Positions 48,061 through 56,739 of a stretch of 64,000 nt of DNA are shown in pieces. Origin of the DNA: Escherichia coli (GTDB taxonomy: Bacteria; Pseudomonadota; Gammaproteobacteria; Enterobacterales; Enterobacteriaceae); assembly GCF_011045215.1 (NCBI RefSeq), contig NZ_CP049201.1. The stretch is one strand, 5' to 3'. The position numbers and the translations under genes are program-made. The notes under the pieces are model-generated. The model saw only the letters and a list, made by a program, of their open reading frames with translations, did not search any database and had not been told where the DNA came from. Position 1 is the stretch's first letter, and every line of letters starts with the position of its first letter.

Positions 48061-49237
48061 ATTGCAGACCGCGCTCTTTCAGGCGTTCGATACCCTGAAT
48101 CTGCAACGGGTAAAAACATTTAGCGTTCCACCGGTGACGCTTTGCGGTCCGGGCTCGGTGAGCAGTTGCGGACAGCAAGCGCAAACGCGTGGGCTGAAAC
48201 ATCTGTTCGTGATGGCAGACAGCTTTTTGCATCAGGCAGGGATGACCGCCGGGCTGACGCGTAGCCTGGCCGTTAAAGGTATCGCCATGACGCTCTGGCC
48301 ATGTCCGGTGGGCGAACCGTGCATTACCGACGTGTGTGCAGCCGTGGCGCAGTTGCGTGAGTCAGGTTGTGACGGGGTGATCGCATTTGGCGGCGGCTCG
48401 GTGCTGGATGCGGCGAAAGCCGTGGCGTTGCTGGTGACGAACCCGGATAGCACGCTGGCAGAGATGTCAGAAACCAGCGTTCTGCAACCGCGCTTGCCGC
48501 TGATTGCCATTCCAACTACCGCCGGAACCGGCTCTGAAACCACCAATGTAACGGTGATTATCGACGCGGTGAGCGGGCGCAAGCAGGTGTTAGCCCATGC
48601 CTCGCTGATGCCGGATGTGGCGATCCTCGACGCCGCATTGACCGAAGGTGTGCCGTCGCATGTCACGGCGATGACCGGCATTGATGCGTTAACCCATGCC
48701 ATTGAAGCATACAGCGCCCTGAACGCTACACCGTTTACCGACAGTCTGGCGATTGGTGCCATTGCGATGATTGGCAAATCGCTGCCGAAAGCGGTGGGCT
48801 ACGGTCACGACCTTGCCGCGCGCGAGAGCATGTTGCTGGCTTCATGTATGGCGGGAATGGCGTTTTCCAGTGCGGGTCTTGGGTTGTGCCACGCGATGGC
48901 GCATCAGCCGGGCGCGGCGCTGCATATTCCGCACGGTCTCGCGAACGCTATGTTGCTGCCAACGGTGATGGAGTTTAACCGGATGGTTTGTCGTGAACGC
49001 TTTAGTCAGATTGGTCGGGCACTGCGAACTAAAAAATCCGACGATCGTGACGCTATTAACGCGGTAAGTGAGCTGATTGCGGAAGTTGGGATTGGTAAAC
49101 GACTGGGCGATGTTGGCGCGACATCTGCGCATTACGGTGCATGGGCGCAGGCCGCGCAGGAAGATATTTGTCTGCGCAGCAACCCGCGTACCGCCAGCCT
49201 GGAGCAGATTGTCGGCCTGTACGCAGCGGCGCAATAA
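48050..49237 (+). CDS. eutG: Iron-containing alcohol dehydrogenase EutG
   Basis: Trimmed to MQNELQTALFQAFDTL (395 aa); overlaps eutJ 3' end. Confidence 0.85.
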   Translation: MQNELQTALFQAFDTLNLQRVKTFSVPPVTLCGPGSVSSCGQQAQTRGLKHLFVMADSFLHQAGMTAGLTRSLAVKGIAMTLWPCPVGEPCITDVCAAVAQLRESGCDGVIAFGGGSVLDAAKAVALLVTNPDSTLAEMSETSVLQPRLPLIAIPTTAGTGSETTNVTVIIDAVSGRKQVLAHASLMPDVAILDAALTEGVPSHVTAMTGIDALTHAIEAYSALNATPFTDSLAIGAIAMIGKSLPKAVGYGHDLAARESMLLASCMAGMAFSSAGLGLCHAMAHQPGAALHIPHGLANAMLLPTVMEFNRMVCRERFSQIGRALRTKKSDDRDAINAVSELIAEVGIGKRLGDVGATSAHYGAWAQAAQEDICLRSNPRTASLEQIVGLYAAAQ

Positions 49238-49238
49238 A

Positions 49239-49420
49239 TGCCGGATGCGACGCTTGCCGCGTCTTATCCGGCCTACGGGATTGCACATGTAGAGCGGATA
49301 AAGCGTTCACGCCGCATCCGCCAGTGGCGCGGTGCAATTGCCGGATGCGACGCTTGCCGCGTCTTATCCGGCCTACGGGATTGCACATGTAGTGCGGATA
49401 AGGCTTCACGCCGCATCCGC
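49239..49420. repeat. BIME/REP array between eutG and eutH
   Basis: Two identical 54-bp copies tgccggatgcgacgcttgccgcgtcttatccggcctacgggattgcacatgtag (49239-49292, 49339-49392), each followed by a gcggataa..gccgcatccg unit. Confidence 0.8.
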
Positions 49421-49452
49421 TAATAAATAACAACTAACAGGGAGTAAAGGCG

Positions 49453-50679
49453 ATGGGAATTAACGAAATCATCATGTACATCATGATGTTCTTTATGCTG
49501 ATAGCTGCCGTAGACAGGATCCTGTCGCAGTTCGGCGGTTCTGCTCGTTTCCTCGGTAAGTTCGGTAAAAGTATCGAAGGATCAGGCGGTCAGTTCGAAG
49601 AAGGCTTTATGGCAATGGGCGCACTGGGCCTGGCGATGGTCGGTATGACCGCGCTGGCACCGGTACTGGCTCACGTACTCGGGCCGGTAATTATCCCGGT
49701 TTACGAAATGCTCGGCGCAAACCCGTCAATGTTCGCCGGAACGCTGCTGGCGTGCGATATGGGCGGCTTCTTCCTCGCCAAAGAGCTGGCGGGCGGCGAC
49801 GTAGCAGCGTGGCTATACTCTGGGTTAATTCTCGGGTCGATGATGGGGCCAACGATTGTGTTTTCCATTCCGGTGGCGCTCGGCATTATCGAACCTTCTG
49901 ACCGTCGTTATCTGGCGCTCGGCGTGCTGGCGGGCATTGTGACCATTCCGATTGGTTGTATCGCTGGTGGTCTGGTAGCTATGTACTCCGGTGTGCAGAT
50001 CAACGGCCAGCCGGTGGAATTCACTTTCGCCCTGATCCTGATGAACATGATCCCGGTGATCATTGTTGCGATTCTGGTGGCGCTGGGGCTGAAATTCATC
50101 CCGGAAAAAATGATCAACGGCTTCCAGATCTTCGCCAAATTCCTCGTTGCATTGATCACCCTCGGTCTTGCCGCTGCGGTAGTGAAATTCCTGCTTGGCT
50201 GGGAACTGATCCCCGGTCTGGATCCTATCTTTATGGCCCCTGGCGATAAACCCGGTGAGGTGATGCGCGCCATTGAAGTTATCGGTTCTATCTCCTGCGT
50301 TCTGTTAGGGGCGTATCCGATGGTGCTGCTGCTGACCCGCTGGTTTGAAAAACCGCTGATGAGCGTCGGTAAAGTGCTGAATATGAACAACATCGCGGCA
50401 GCCGGCATGGTGGCAACGCTTGCCAACAACATCCCGATGTTCGGCATGATGAAGCAGATGGATACCCGCGGCAAAGTCATCAACTGCGCCTTCGCCGTTT
50501 CTGCTGCTTTCGCCCTGGGCGACCACTTAGGGTTCGCCGCTGCCAACATGAATGCCATGATCTTCCCGATGATTGTCGGCAAGTTGATCGGCGGCGTAAC
50601 GGCGATTGGCGTGGCGATGATGCTGGTGCCAAAAGACGACGCGACCGCAGCTAAAACCGAAGCGGAGGCACAATCGTGA
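49453..50679 (+). CDS. eutH: Ethanolamine permease EutH
   Basis: 408-aa polytopic membrane ORF. Confidence 0.85.
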   Translation: MGINEIIMYIMMFFMLIAAVDRILSQFGGSARFLGKFGKSIEGSGGQFEEGFMAMGALGLAMVGMTALAPVLAHVLGPVIIPVYEMLGANPSMFAGTLLACDMGGFFLAKELAGGDVAAWLYSGLILGSMMGPTIVFSIPVALGIIEPSDRRYLALGVLAGIVTIPIGCIAGGLVAMYSGVQINGQPVEFTFALILMNMIPVIIVAILVALGLKFIPEKMINGFQIFAKFLVALITLGLAAAVVKFLLGWELIPGLDPIFMAPGDKPGEVMRAIEVIGSISCVLLGAYPMVLLLTRWFEKPLMSVGKVLNMNNIAAAGMVATLANNIPMFGMMKQMDTRGKVINCAFAVSAAFALGDHLGFAAANMNAMIFPMIVGKLIGGVTAIGVAMMLVPKDDATAAKTEAEAQS

Positions 50680-52079
50680 ACACTCGCCAGCTACTGAGCG
50701 TCGGTATCGATATCGGCACTACCACCACCCAGGTGATTTTCTCCCACCTGGAACTGGTTAACCGTGCGGCGGTGTCGCAGGTGCCGCGCTACGAATTCAT
50801 CAAACGCGAAATTAGCTGGCAAAGCCCGGTGTTCTTTACCCCTGTCGATAAACAGGGTGATTTAAAAGAAGCGGAACTGAAATCGCTGATTTTAGAGCAA
50901 TATCAGGCTGCGGGCATTGCACCGGAAAGCGTTGATTCTGGTGCCATCATCATCACCGGTGAAAGCGCGAAAACCCGCAATGCTCGCCCGGCGGTGATGG
51001 CGCTCTCTCAGTCGCTGGGCGATTTTGTCGTTGCCAGCGCCGGGCCGCACCTCGAATCCGTGATCGCCGGTCACGGAGCCGGGGCACAAACCCTTTCTGA
51101 ACAACGGCTGTGTCGGGTACTGAATATCGACATCGGCGGTGGCACCGCGAACTACGCCCTGTTCGATGCCGGAAAAATCAGCGGCACTGCCTGCCTCAAC
51201 GTCGGTGGTCGCCTGCTGGAAACCGACAGCCAGGGGCGCGTGGTTTACGCTCATAAACCGGGGCAGATGATTGTGGATGAGTGCTTCGGCGCAGGCACCG
51301 ACGCCCGTTCGCTGACCGGCGCGCAGCTGGTGCAGGTTACCCGGCGGATGGCAGAGCTGATTGTCGAAGTGATTGACGGAACGCTCTCGCCGCTCGCGCA
51401 GGCATTGATGCAAACCGGTTTGCTGCCCGCAGGTGTTACGCCCGAAATCATTACGCTTTCTGGCGGCGTGGGCGAATGTTATCGCCACCAGCCCGCCGAC
51501 CCGTTCTGTTTTGCCGATATTGGCCCGCTTCTGGCAACGGCGCTGCATGACCATCCGCGCCTGCGTGAGATGAACGTGCAGTTTCCGGCGCAAACCGTGC
51601 GTGCCACGGTGATTGGCGCGGGGGCACATACCCTTTCGCTCTCTGGCAGCACAATCTGGCTTGAGGGCGTACAACTGCCGCTGCGCAATTTGCCGGTGGC
51701 GATCCCGATTGATGAAACGGATCTGGTGAGTGCCTGGCAACAGGCGCTGATTCAACTGGATCTTGATCCCAAAACTGACGCGTACGTGCTGGCGCTTCCC
51801 GCCTCGCTGCCTGTGCGTTACGCCGCGGTACTGACGGTCATCAACGCGTTGGTCGATTTCGTCGCGCGTTTTCCGAATCCGCATCCCCTGCTGGTGGTGG
51901 CCGGGCAGGACTTTGGTAAAGCTCTGGGCATGTTGTTGCGCCCACAGCTACAACAACTCCCGTTGGCAGTCATTGACGAAGTGATTGTCCGCGCGGGGGA
52001 CTATATCGACATTGGTACGCCTCTTTTTGGCGGATCGGTTGTGCCGGTGACGGTGAAATCACTCGCATTTCCTTCCTGA
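50676..52079 (+). CDS. eutA: Ethanolamine ammonia-lyase reactivase EutA
   Basis: 467-aa ORF, ATGA overlap with eutH; ends at the island junction. Confidence 0.85.
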   Translation: MNTRQLLSVGIDIGTTTTQVIFSHLELVNRAAVSQVPRYEFIKREISWQSPVFFTPVDKQGDLKEAELKSLILEQYQAAGIAPESVDSGAIIITGESAKTRNARPAVMALSQSLGDFVVASAGPHLESVIAGHGAGAQTLSEQRLCRVLNIDIGGGTANYALFDAGKISGTACLNVGGRLLETDSQGRVVYAHKPGQMIVDECFGAGTDARSLTGAQLVQVTRRMAELIVEVIDGTLSPLAQALMQTGLLPAGVTPEIITLSGGVGECYRHQPADPFCFADIGPLLATALHDHPRLREMNVQFPAQTVRATVIGAGAHTLSLSGSTIWLEGVQLPLRNLPVAIPIDETDLVSAWQQALIQLDLDPKTDAYVLALPASLPVRYAAVLTVINALVDFVARFPNPHPLLVVAGQDFGKALGMLLRPQLQQLPLAVIDEVIVRAGDYIDIGTPLFGGSVVPVTVKSLAFPS

Positions 52080-52172
52080 ATACTGTAGTTATCAGGCGTG
52101 GCGCTGGGTTGCGGGGTGTTAGTGGGATTATATCCGGCTGTGTATCCGGTCGGGGTGATTGGTCTGTATAGC

Positions 52173-52198
52173 AAAACCCGGCGCGGGGCCGGGTGAAC
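52173..52198 (-). terminator. Rho-independent terminator after island gene 52201-52764
   Basis: Minus strand reads ACCCGGCcccgcGCCGGGTTTTG; an identical hairpin recurs at 53821-53843. Confidence 0.55.
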
Positions 52199-52200
52199 TA

Positions 52201-52764
52201 TCATTCAGGGAACAAGTTGATTTGAAGCAAACTGCCAATGTATTTACCAGTGCTTTTAATTTTTCGCTTTGATGGCTTACACGAATTCAGGTTGACACCA
52301 GCCTGGCTAGATATTGGCTTGTATTGCCGCTCCGCCAGTACGATCAGGTCTGCCGCGTCTTTTAGCTTTCCATCGTTAGCCAGTTCCAATGCTCGATCCG
52401 CCATTTGCCCGCATTGTTGAATCAGCTTAAGTTGCGATACCTCCAGTCGCAATTGCTGGATTCGTTCTACCACTTTCGCCCTAATGCGCTTAGTTTCACG
52501 CATTCCCATTCTTAATGCCTGGTTGCCAGTAAGTGAGTAAACCTCTTTTTCTTTCCTGAAGTTTGCGGCTTTACCGTCAGCTTGGACGCGCATTTTATGC
52601 GCTTCCAAGAATTCGCCCTCCAATTCATCCCTGATCTTCGCGTTGAATCTGTCGTTCTTGAGTTCATTTAACCCTTCCGCCTTGCGGATCTGGTTGATTA
52701 ACTCCAACAATTCATCACTGCGGATACGCCACTCGCTATCAACCTGTACCAAGTCAAACATGTT
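52201..52764 (-). CDS. Hypothetical island protein (about 187 aa from ATG MFDLVQVD; track ORF extends to a TTG at 52854)
   Basis: ORF track; SD-like gggag upstream of the internal ATG; coiled-coil-rich; no confident family assignment. Confidence 0.5.
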   Translation of the reverse strand, partial: NMFDLVQVDSEWRIRSDELLELINQIRKAEGLNELKNDRFNAKIRDELEGEFLEAHKMRVQADGKAANFRKEKEVYSLTGNQALRMGMRETKRIRAKVVERIQQLRLEVSQLKLIQQCGQMADRALELANDGKLKDAADLIVLAERQYKPISSQAGVNLNSCKPSKRKIKSTGKYIGSLLQINLFPE

Positions 52765-52920
52765 GTTGCTCCCGTTTTGCTGCCATAGGGCAACGGCTCG
52801 CCAGCCTTTATCACCTCCTTTAGTTGTTGCGATTCTTAACTGAATGGTTATCAAAACGCTGCGTTAATATCATTGATATGTATCAAATTTGTTTTGTGAC
52901 GCGACAATGCCTTGTGAATA

Positions 52921-52948
52921 TCAATAAAAAACCCAGCGCTATGGCTGG
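52921..52948 (-). terminator. Rho-independent terminator after island gene 52995-53723
   Basis: Minus strand CCCAGCcatagcGCTGGG followed by TTTTTTATTG. Confidence 0.55.
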
Positions 52949-52994
52949 GCTTCTCTTGATGGCTGGTTTTGTAGCTAATCGTTGGCTTTAAGGG

Positions 52995-53723
52995 TTAAGC
53001 AACAATATTAATCCCGCTCCTTGTCGCTGCCTCTTTGGCAATTTTCCCCTCGTCCTCCAGTTTAGCTAACGCCTTGTACATCCAGTGGCGGCCCGGTGCG
53101 CCATGCAGCTTGCCATCTTTGCCGATCTTACCGAACGCATGTAACGCCAAATCGTCGATAGTCCCCTTGTATCCGCCTTGCTCCTTAAGCCATTGCTCAA
53201 GCTGTTCTACTTTGAATTTTGCCGGACGTCCGCCAGCCGCTTTTTGTTGTTTAGCTGGTTCTTCTGCAATATCGCTTTTGTTGTTTAAGTCCGTCATGAC
53301 TGGTTCTCCTACAATAGCGTCGCCCTTGGTCTCGATTTGTTGATTAACTGGTTTGTCTACAATATCGATTTTGTTGTTTAGCTGGTTTTTCAACATATCA
53401 ATCTCAGCCTTTAGCGCCTCGTTTTCTCTGGCTAGTTCTTCGCAACGCTTGATAAATTTTTGTTCCATGCCGTCCGGGCTATCAACGTGCGCCGTACCCA
53501 TTACGATCTTCCCGTTGCTATCGAAGATGACAGCTTGCCAACCGACTGCGGCGAGCATTTTAAACACATCATCAGCGGTCTTGTTTGTTGTATCGCGACG
53601 CCCTTTAAACTTGTGGCTAGCAGCGCCTTTGCCTTTGAAGCCCATTGCCTCAGCGACATCTTGCCGCGTCATCTTGCGAGCGCGCTTGTTCATGCCTAAC
53701 TCAACCCAATCCATGTATTCCAT
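52995..53723 (-). CDS. Hypothetical island protein, basic N-terminus plus coiled-coil and internal repeats
   Basis: 242-aa ORF; repeated NNKIDIVDKPVNQQ / NNKSDIAEEPAKQQ segments, mirrored by imperfect DNA tandem repeats around 53280-53400. Confidence 0.55.
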   Translation of the reverse strand: MEYMDWVELGMNKRARKMTRQDVAEAMGFKGKGAASHKFKGRRDTTNKTADDVFKMLAAVGWQAVIFDSNGKIVMGTAHVDSPDGMEQKFIKRCEELARENEALKAEIDMLKNQLNNKIDIVDKPVNQQIETKGDAIVGEPVMTDLNNKSDIAEEPAKQQKAAGGRPAKFKVEQLEQWLKEQGGYKGTIDDLALHAFGKIGKDGKLHGAPGRHWMYKALAKLEDEGKIAKEAATRSGINIVA

Positions 53724-53820
53724 ACATTACCTCATTTTGTCGCTAAACGTTTTGCTTTCTAATTTATCAACAAAAAAGCGGGTGATGGTAGCCGCTTTGA
53801 TGGGGAAGTTGACAGGGATC

Positions 53821-53843
53821 AAAAACCCGGCGCGGGGCCGGGT
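53821..53843 (-). terminator. Rho-independent terminator (second copy of the 52173 hairpin)
   Basis: Minus strand ACCCGGCcccgcGCCGGGTTTTTGATC, just downstream of gene 53861-54091. Confidence 0.55.
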
Positions 53844-53860
53844 ATTAGCAAGTTAGATGA

Positions 53861-54091
53861 TTACTGGGTATCGCTGTCAGAAAGTAGTCCAATTGATTTA
53901 AAGAATTTCATCACATCCTGATAGCGATACATGACGCCCCGCCCGGTTCCCAGCACATCAACAGGGTCGGGGAATGGAGTTCCGTTCTGTTCCCATTTCT
54001 TACGCCACGAATAAAACGTTCCCCTGCTAATTCCGCCCAGCATCCGGCAGATGGCAGGGCGGCTAAGAAGGATTACTTCATTTTTATCCAT
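53861..54091 (-). CDS. AlpA/excisionase-like HTH DNA-binding protein
   Basis: 76 aa; LSRPAICRMLGGISRGTFYSWRKKW resembles the AlpA-family HTH. Confidence 0.5.
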   Translation of the reverse strand: MDKNEVILLSRPAICRMLGGISRGTFYSWRKKWEQNGTPFPDPVDVLGTGRGVMYRYQDVMKFFKSIGLLSDSDTQ

Positions 54092-54110
54092 TGTTTAATC
54101 TCCCGTGTGT

Positions 54111-54299
54111 TTATTTTGCGTAGATTAAGGCAAATGCTCTTTTGGCTTTGCTTAGTTCGTATTCGCGTTTTTCTATGATTGCCATCAGTTCTTGTGCGGT
54201 GGCTGGCACGCCCGCTCTTATCAGCGCAATCTTAGTATCCATAGCGCACACTCTTTCACGCACCATATCGAAGATAATTTCCGCTCTATCGTGTTTCAT
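54111..54299 (-). CDS. Small hypothetical island protein (62 aa)
   Basis: ORF track; co-directional and closely spaced with the AlpA-like gene. Confidence 0.4.
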   Translation of the reverse strand: MKHDRAEIIFDMVRERVCAMDTKIALIRAGVPATAQELMAIIEKREYELSKAKRAFALIYAK

Positions 54300-54502
54300 G
54301 ATTTCACCTCATATTTGTTGCTAAACCTTGTAAACCCTTGTTTGACTACAAAATACACCTGGTTAAGCGACTGATAAAATGATTTAGGTCAATTTATTGG
54401 TTGATGATTTATGTCTGATTGGATTTGTCTACAAATGGCAGGTTAGTCAACAAATGATGAAACCAGGGAATGGCGGTTATAATGTCAGCGGGGATTGTGA
54501 GA

Positions 54503-54545
54503 AAGGCCCGGGTAGGTTGCTAACTGCCTGGGCCTTTATTTTTGG
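54503..54545 (+). terminator. Plus-strand rho-independent terminator candidate inside the minus-strand gene array
   Basis: aaaggcccgggtagg..cctgggccttt hairpin (about 14 bp stem with two G-U pairs) followed by atttttgg; on the minus strand no U-tract follows. Confidence 0.45.
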
Positions 54546-54648
54546 CGCGTGTACGTGAAATCTGGAAAATTTGCAGGGTAGTTGTTGAGGGATTTTTCGC
54601 GTAGGAGCGTGAAGGGTCCGCCAGTCATCGCCCTGACGTAGCGGTGAA

Positions 54649-55050
54649 TTACTTGCGAGGCTCACCCATCGGCCAGGCACCTTCATTGCGACGATAACCA
54701 ATCCGGTACTCTTCCGGCAGCGGCAAGCCCTGCTCACGATATGGACGCAGATCGAAGCCAAAAACAGGATCGTCGTCGTAGGCGAGGAATAGCCCGGCAG
54801 GCTCTGCCACGCGTTCGATAATCAGTTCCCCATCTTCAACGAAGAAGATCAGATTATCGCGAAAGTCCGTTACCTCACTGACGTGATAACATTCGGCATG
54901 TGCGTCCAGCCAGGCTTCTCGGTATTCCTGAATCTCGGCTTCTGACCATGTTGAAACAGGACGCTCCCAAATTCCCAGGCTGGATTTGCCCTGGCGGGAG
55001 AATAATTTTGCCTCTTTGCTCTGCTCTGGTTTTCTGTTTAAAAAGCTCAT
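54649..55050 (-). CDS. Hypothetical island protein (133 aa)
   Basis: ORF track; SD ggagaa upstream of ATG; start overlaps a TAA of an upstream open frame (TAATG). Confidence 0.5.
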   Translation of the reverse strand: MSFLNRKPEQSKEAKLFSRQGKSSLGIWERPVSTWSEAEIQEYREAWLDAHAECYHVSEVTDFRDNLIFFVEDGELIIERVAEPAGLFLAYDDDPVFGFDLRPYREQGLPLPEEYRIGYRRNEGAWPMGEPRK

Positions 55051-55186
55051 TATTCTTCTCCTTTGAACGGATTGTTCTTGCTCTCTAATAACTTAGCGCG
55101 ACCCAGTAACGTCCGGGCAAGCGCCTCCGCCTTCCTTAGCCTAAGCCCTGCGTCTTCTGCGTCCAGATCTACATTCCTGATAGCCT

Positions 55187-55450
55187 CTACAGCCTGCTCC
55201 GCTGCGTCCGGGCGTGAATCCACTTAAATATGCCGATATGCTCACGAAAGTCTGGATGCTCATATTGCCAGCGGCAGATTGTTCTGAAGCTCGGCATGTC
55301 AGGCATGTTGCCAATCTCTCTGAGACTATGGCCTTCAGCTACCAGCAAGCAGATTTCTTCAGCGATAGCGACCCCATACTTAGCGCTTTTTCTGCTTAAA
55401 CTTGTGACATCAACAGGTAAGTTATTGATTTCTTTATCATCACCCTTCAT
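55187..55450 (-). CDS. Hypothetical HTH-like island protein (87 aa)
   Basis: ORF track; SLREIGNMPDMPSFRTICRWQ segment is HTH-like; preceded by the 11-bp repeat array. Confidence 0.45.
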   Translation of the reverse strand: MKGDDKEINNLPVDVTSLSRKSAKYGVAIAEEICLLVAEGHSLREIGNMPDMPSFRTICRWQYEHPDFREHIGIFKWIHARTQRSRL

Positions 55451-55522
55451 AATTACCCCCGAATTGATAGCGAATTGATAGCGAATTACCCCGAATTACC
55501 CCCGAATTACCCCCGAATCACC
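55450..55522. repeat. Array of seven 10-11 bp direct repeats (gaattaccccc / gaattgatagc)
   Basis: taattaccccc, gaattgatagc x2, gaattacccc, gaattaccccc x2, gaatcacc, read directly from sequence. Confidence 0.9.
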
Positions 55523-55527
55523 ATCAT

Positions 55528-55809
55528 TTAACCCTCGCCTACGTCTGCGTCGATGCTTGCTAACTGGCTGTGTAGATCGCGTTCAATCATTTTTACCTTT
55601 TTCACAAAATCCCTTTCCTCGGCGGTGGCGGGCGCGCCCTGGGCTATGTTTTTCGTGAGGTCGTGGAAAGTGCCGAAAACATAAAGGGAGAACAGCCTTA
55701 ATTGTTGCCGCTTCATTGGCAAATCACTGTTGCTATGTTTGATCTCAGCGACGCCTTTCGAAATAACACGGGCCATCCCATGACAAATTCTTAACGTAAG
55801 CGCAGACAT
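55528..55809 (-). CDS. Hypothetical island protein (93 aa)
   Basis: ORF track only. Confidence 0.4.
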   Translation of the reverse strand: MSALTLRICHGMARVISKGVAEIKHSNSDLPMKRQQLRLFSLYVFGTFHDLTKNIAQGAPATAEERDFVKKVKMIERDLHSQLASIDADVGEG

Positions 55810-55930
55810 GATATTTACTCCCCGACTGGTATAATGAACGTGGTTTTAAACGTTGCTATTTGCTAACCATTTAATCTGTTAACTCAATTTCGCATTGTTG
55901 GCCCGGCACGAACACCGGGCTTTTCTTTAC

Positions 55931-56272
55931 CTATTCGAAATAGCTTCCAATATCCGGTGTCCGGGTATCAGTTTTCCGGGTCGGCTCGAAGTACGATTCC
56001 AGATCCGGCGTTTTCGGCCCACGCTGGGCGTTGGCGGCGGGTTGCTTTTCTTCTGGCTGTTCCGGCTGTTTACTACCAAATCGGCGCTCCAGTTGGTCCA
56101 TCAGCACTACCATCATTTCCTGGACCAGCTTTTCATCGGCTTTATCAAGGTTCTCCAATACCATCGCCATCCCTTTGCGGAATTTAAGCTCAGCGTCGTC
56201 CGGTTCCGGTGCTGATTCGTTTGCTTTAACTGCCAGGGCGATCCGGCGTTTTGCTTCATCCAAAAAATTCAT
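55931..56272 (-). CDS. Hypothetical acidic island protein ending in SYFE motifs (113 aa)
   Basis: ORF track; C-terminus DLESYFEPTRKTDTRTPDIGSYFE. Confidence 0.5.
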   Translation of the reverse strand: MNFLDEAKRRIALAVKANESAPEPDDAELKFRKGMAMVLENLDKADEKLVQEMMVVLMDQLERRFGSKQPEQPEEKQPAANAQRGPKTPDLESYFEPTRKTDTRTPDIGSYFE

Positions 56273-56277
56273 TTTGT

Positions 56278-56721
56278 TTATTCCCCCATGTGGAAATAGT
56301 CATCTAAGCGGCGATTAAACTCGTCGCTGCCATCGAAATATTCACGGATACTTTTATTGACCAGATCATCACCGTCGAAATACTGGCGCGTGAAATCGTC
56401 CAATTCCCCATCGAAGTATTGACGTGTGAAATCGTCTAATTCCCCTTCAAAATATTGACGCGCATCAGGCGCTCTGTTTGGCGCTGTAGCAATCTCAGAT
56501 TGATTGCCCTGTAACTTATCGACGTTTGCTAAATACACGCCCAGTGAGCTGTTTGTTCCCATTACCGCAAGCATTTTCCGGCGATCTGCCATGTTCGGCG
56601 CGAGCGATGATAATTGAGCTTTAATTTTGTCCACTTCCTGATTAACAATACGGTCAATCAGTGGTTGATTCGTGCGAATAATTTCCTGTGCCAACTGGCG
56701 AATATATTCTTTGCGTGTCAT
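56278..56721 (-). CDS. Hypothetical island protein with tandem QYF[ED]GELDDFTR repeats (147 aa)
   Basis: ORF track; encoded by 36-bp tandem DNA repeats at about 56376-56463. Confidence 0.5.
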   Translation of the reverse strand: MTRKEYIRQLAQEIIRTNQPLIDRIVNQEVDKIKAQLSSLAPNMADRRKMLAVMGTNSSLGVYLANVDKLQGNQSEIATAPNRAPDARQYFEGELDDFTRQYFDGELDDFTRQYFDGDDLVNKSIREYFDGSDEFNRRLDDYFHMGE

Positions 56722-56739
56722 TTCTTATCTCCGTTCATC

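Noticed and set aside
49077-49392. Plus-strand ORFs 49077-49292, 49141-49392, 49238-49423 sharing the CRMRRLPRLIRPTGLHM ending
   Set aside because: These are translations of the REP/BIME palindromic units between eutG and eutH; the repeated peptide reflects the DNA repeat, not a gene
52764-52854. Longer 217-aa version of island gene 52201-52854
   Set aside because: The track start is a TTG and the extension contains an SD-like aaggagg; the ATG at 52764 with its own gggag SD is the more plausible start. Left as uncertain
55450-55522. Possible CRISPR array
   Set aside because: Units are 10-11 bp and contiguous, with no spacers and no cas genes; not CRISPR
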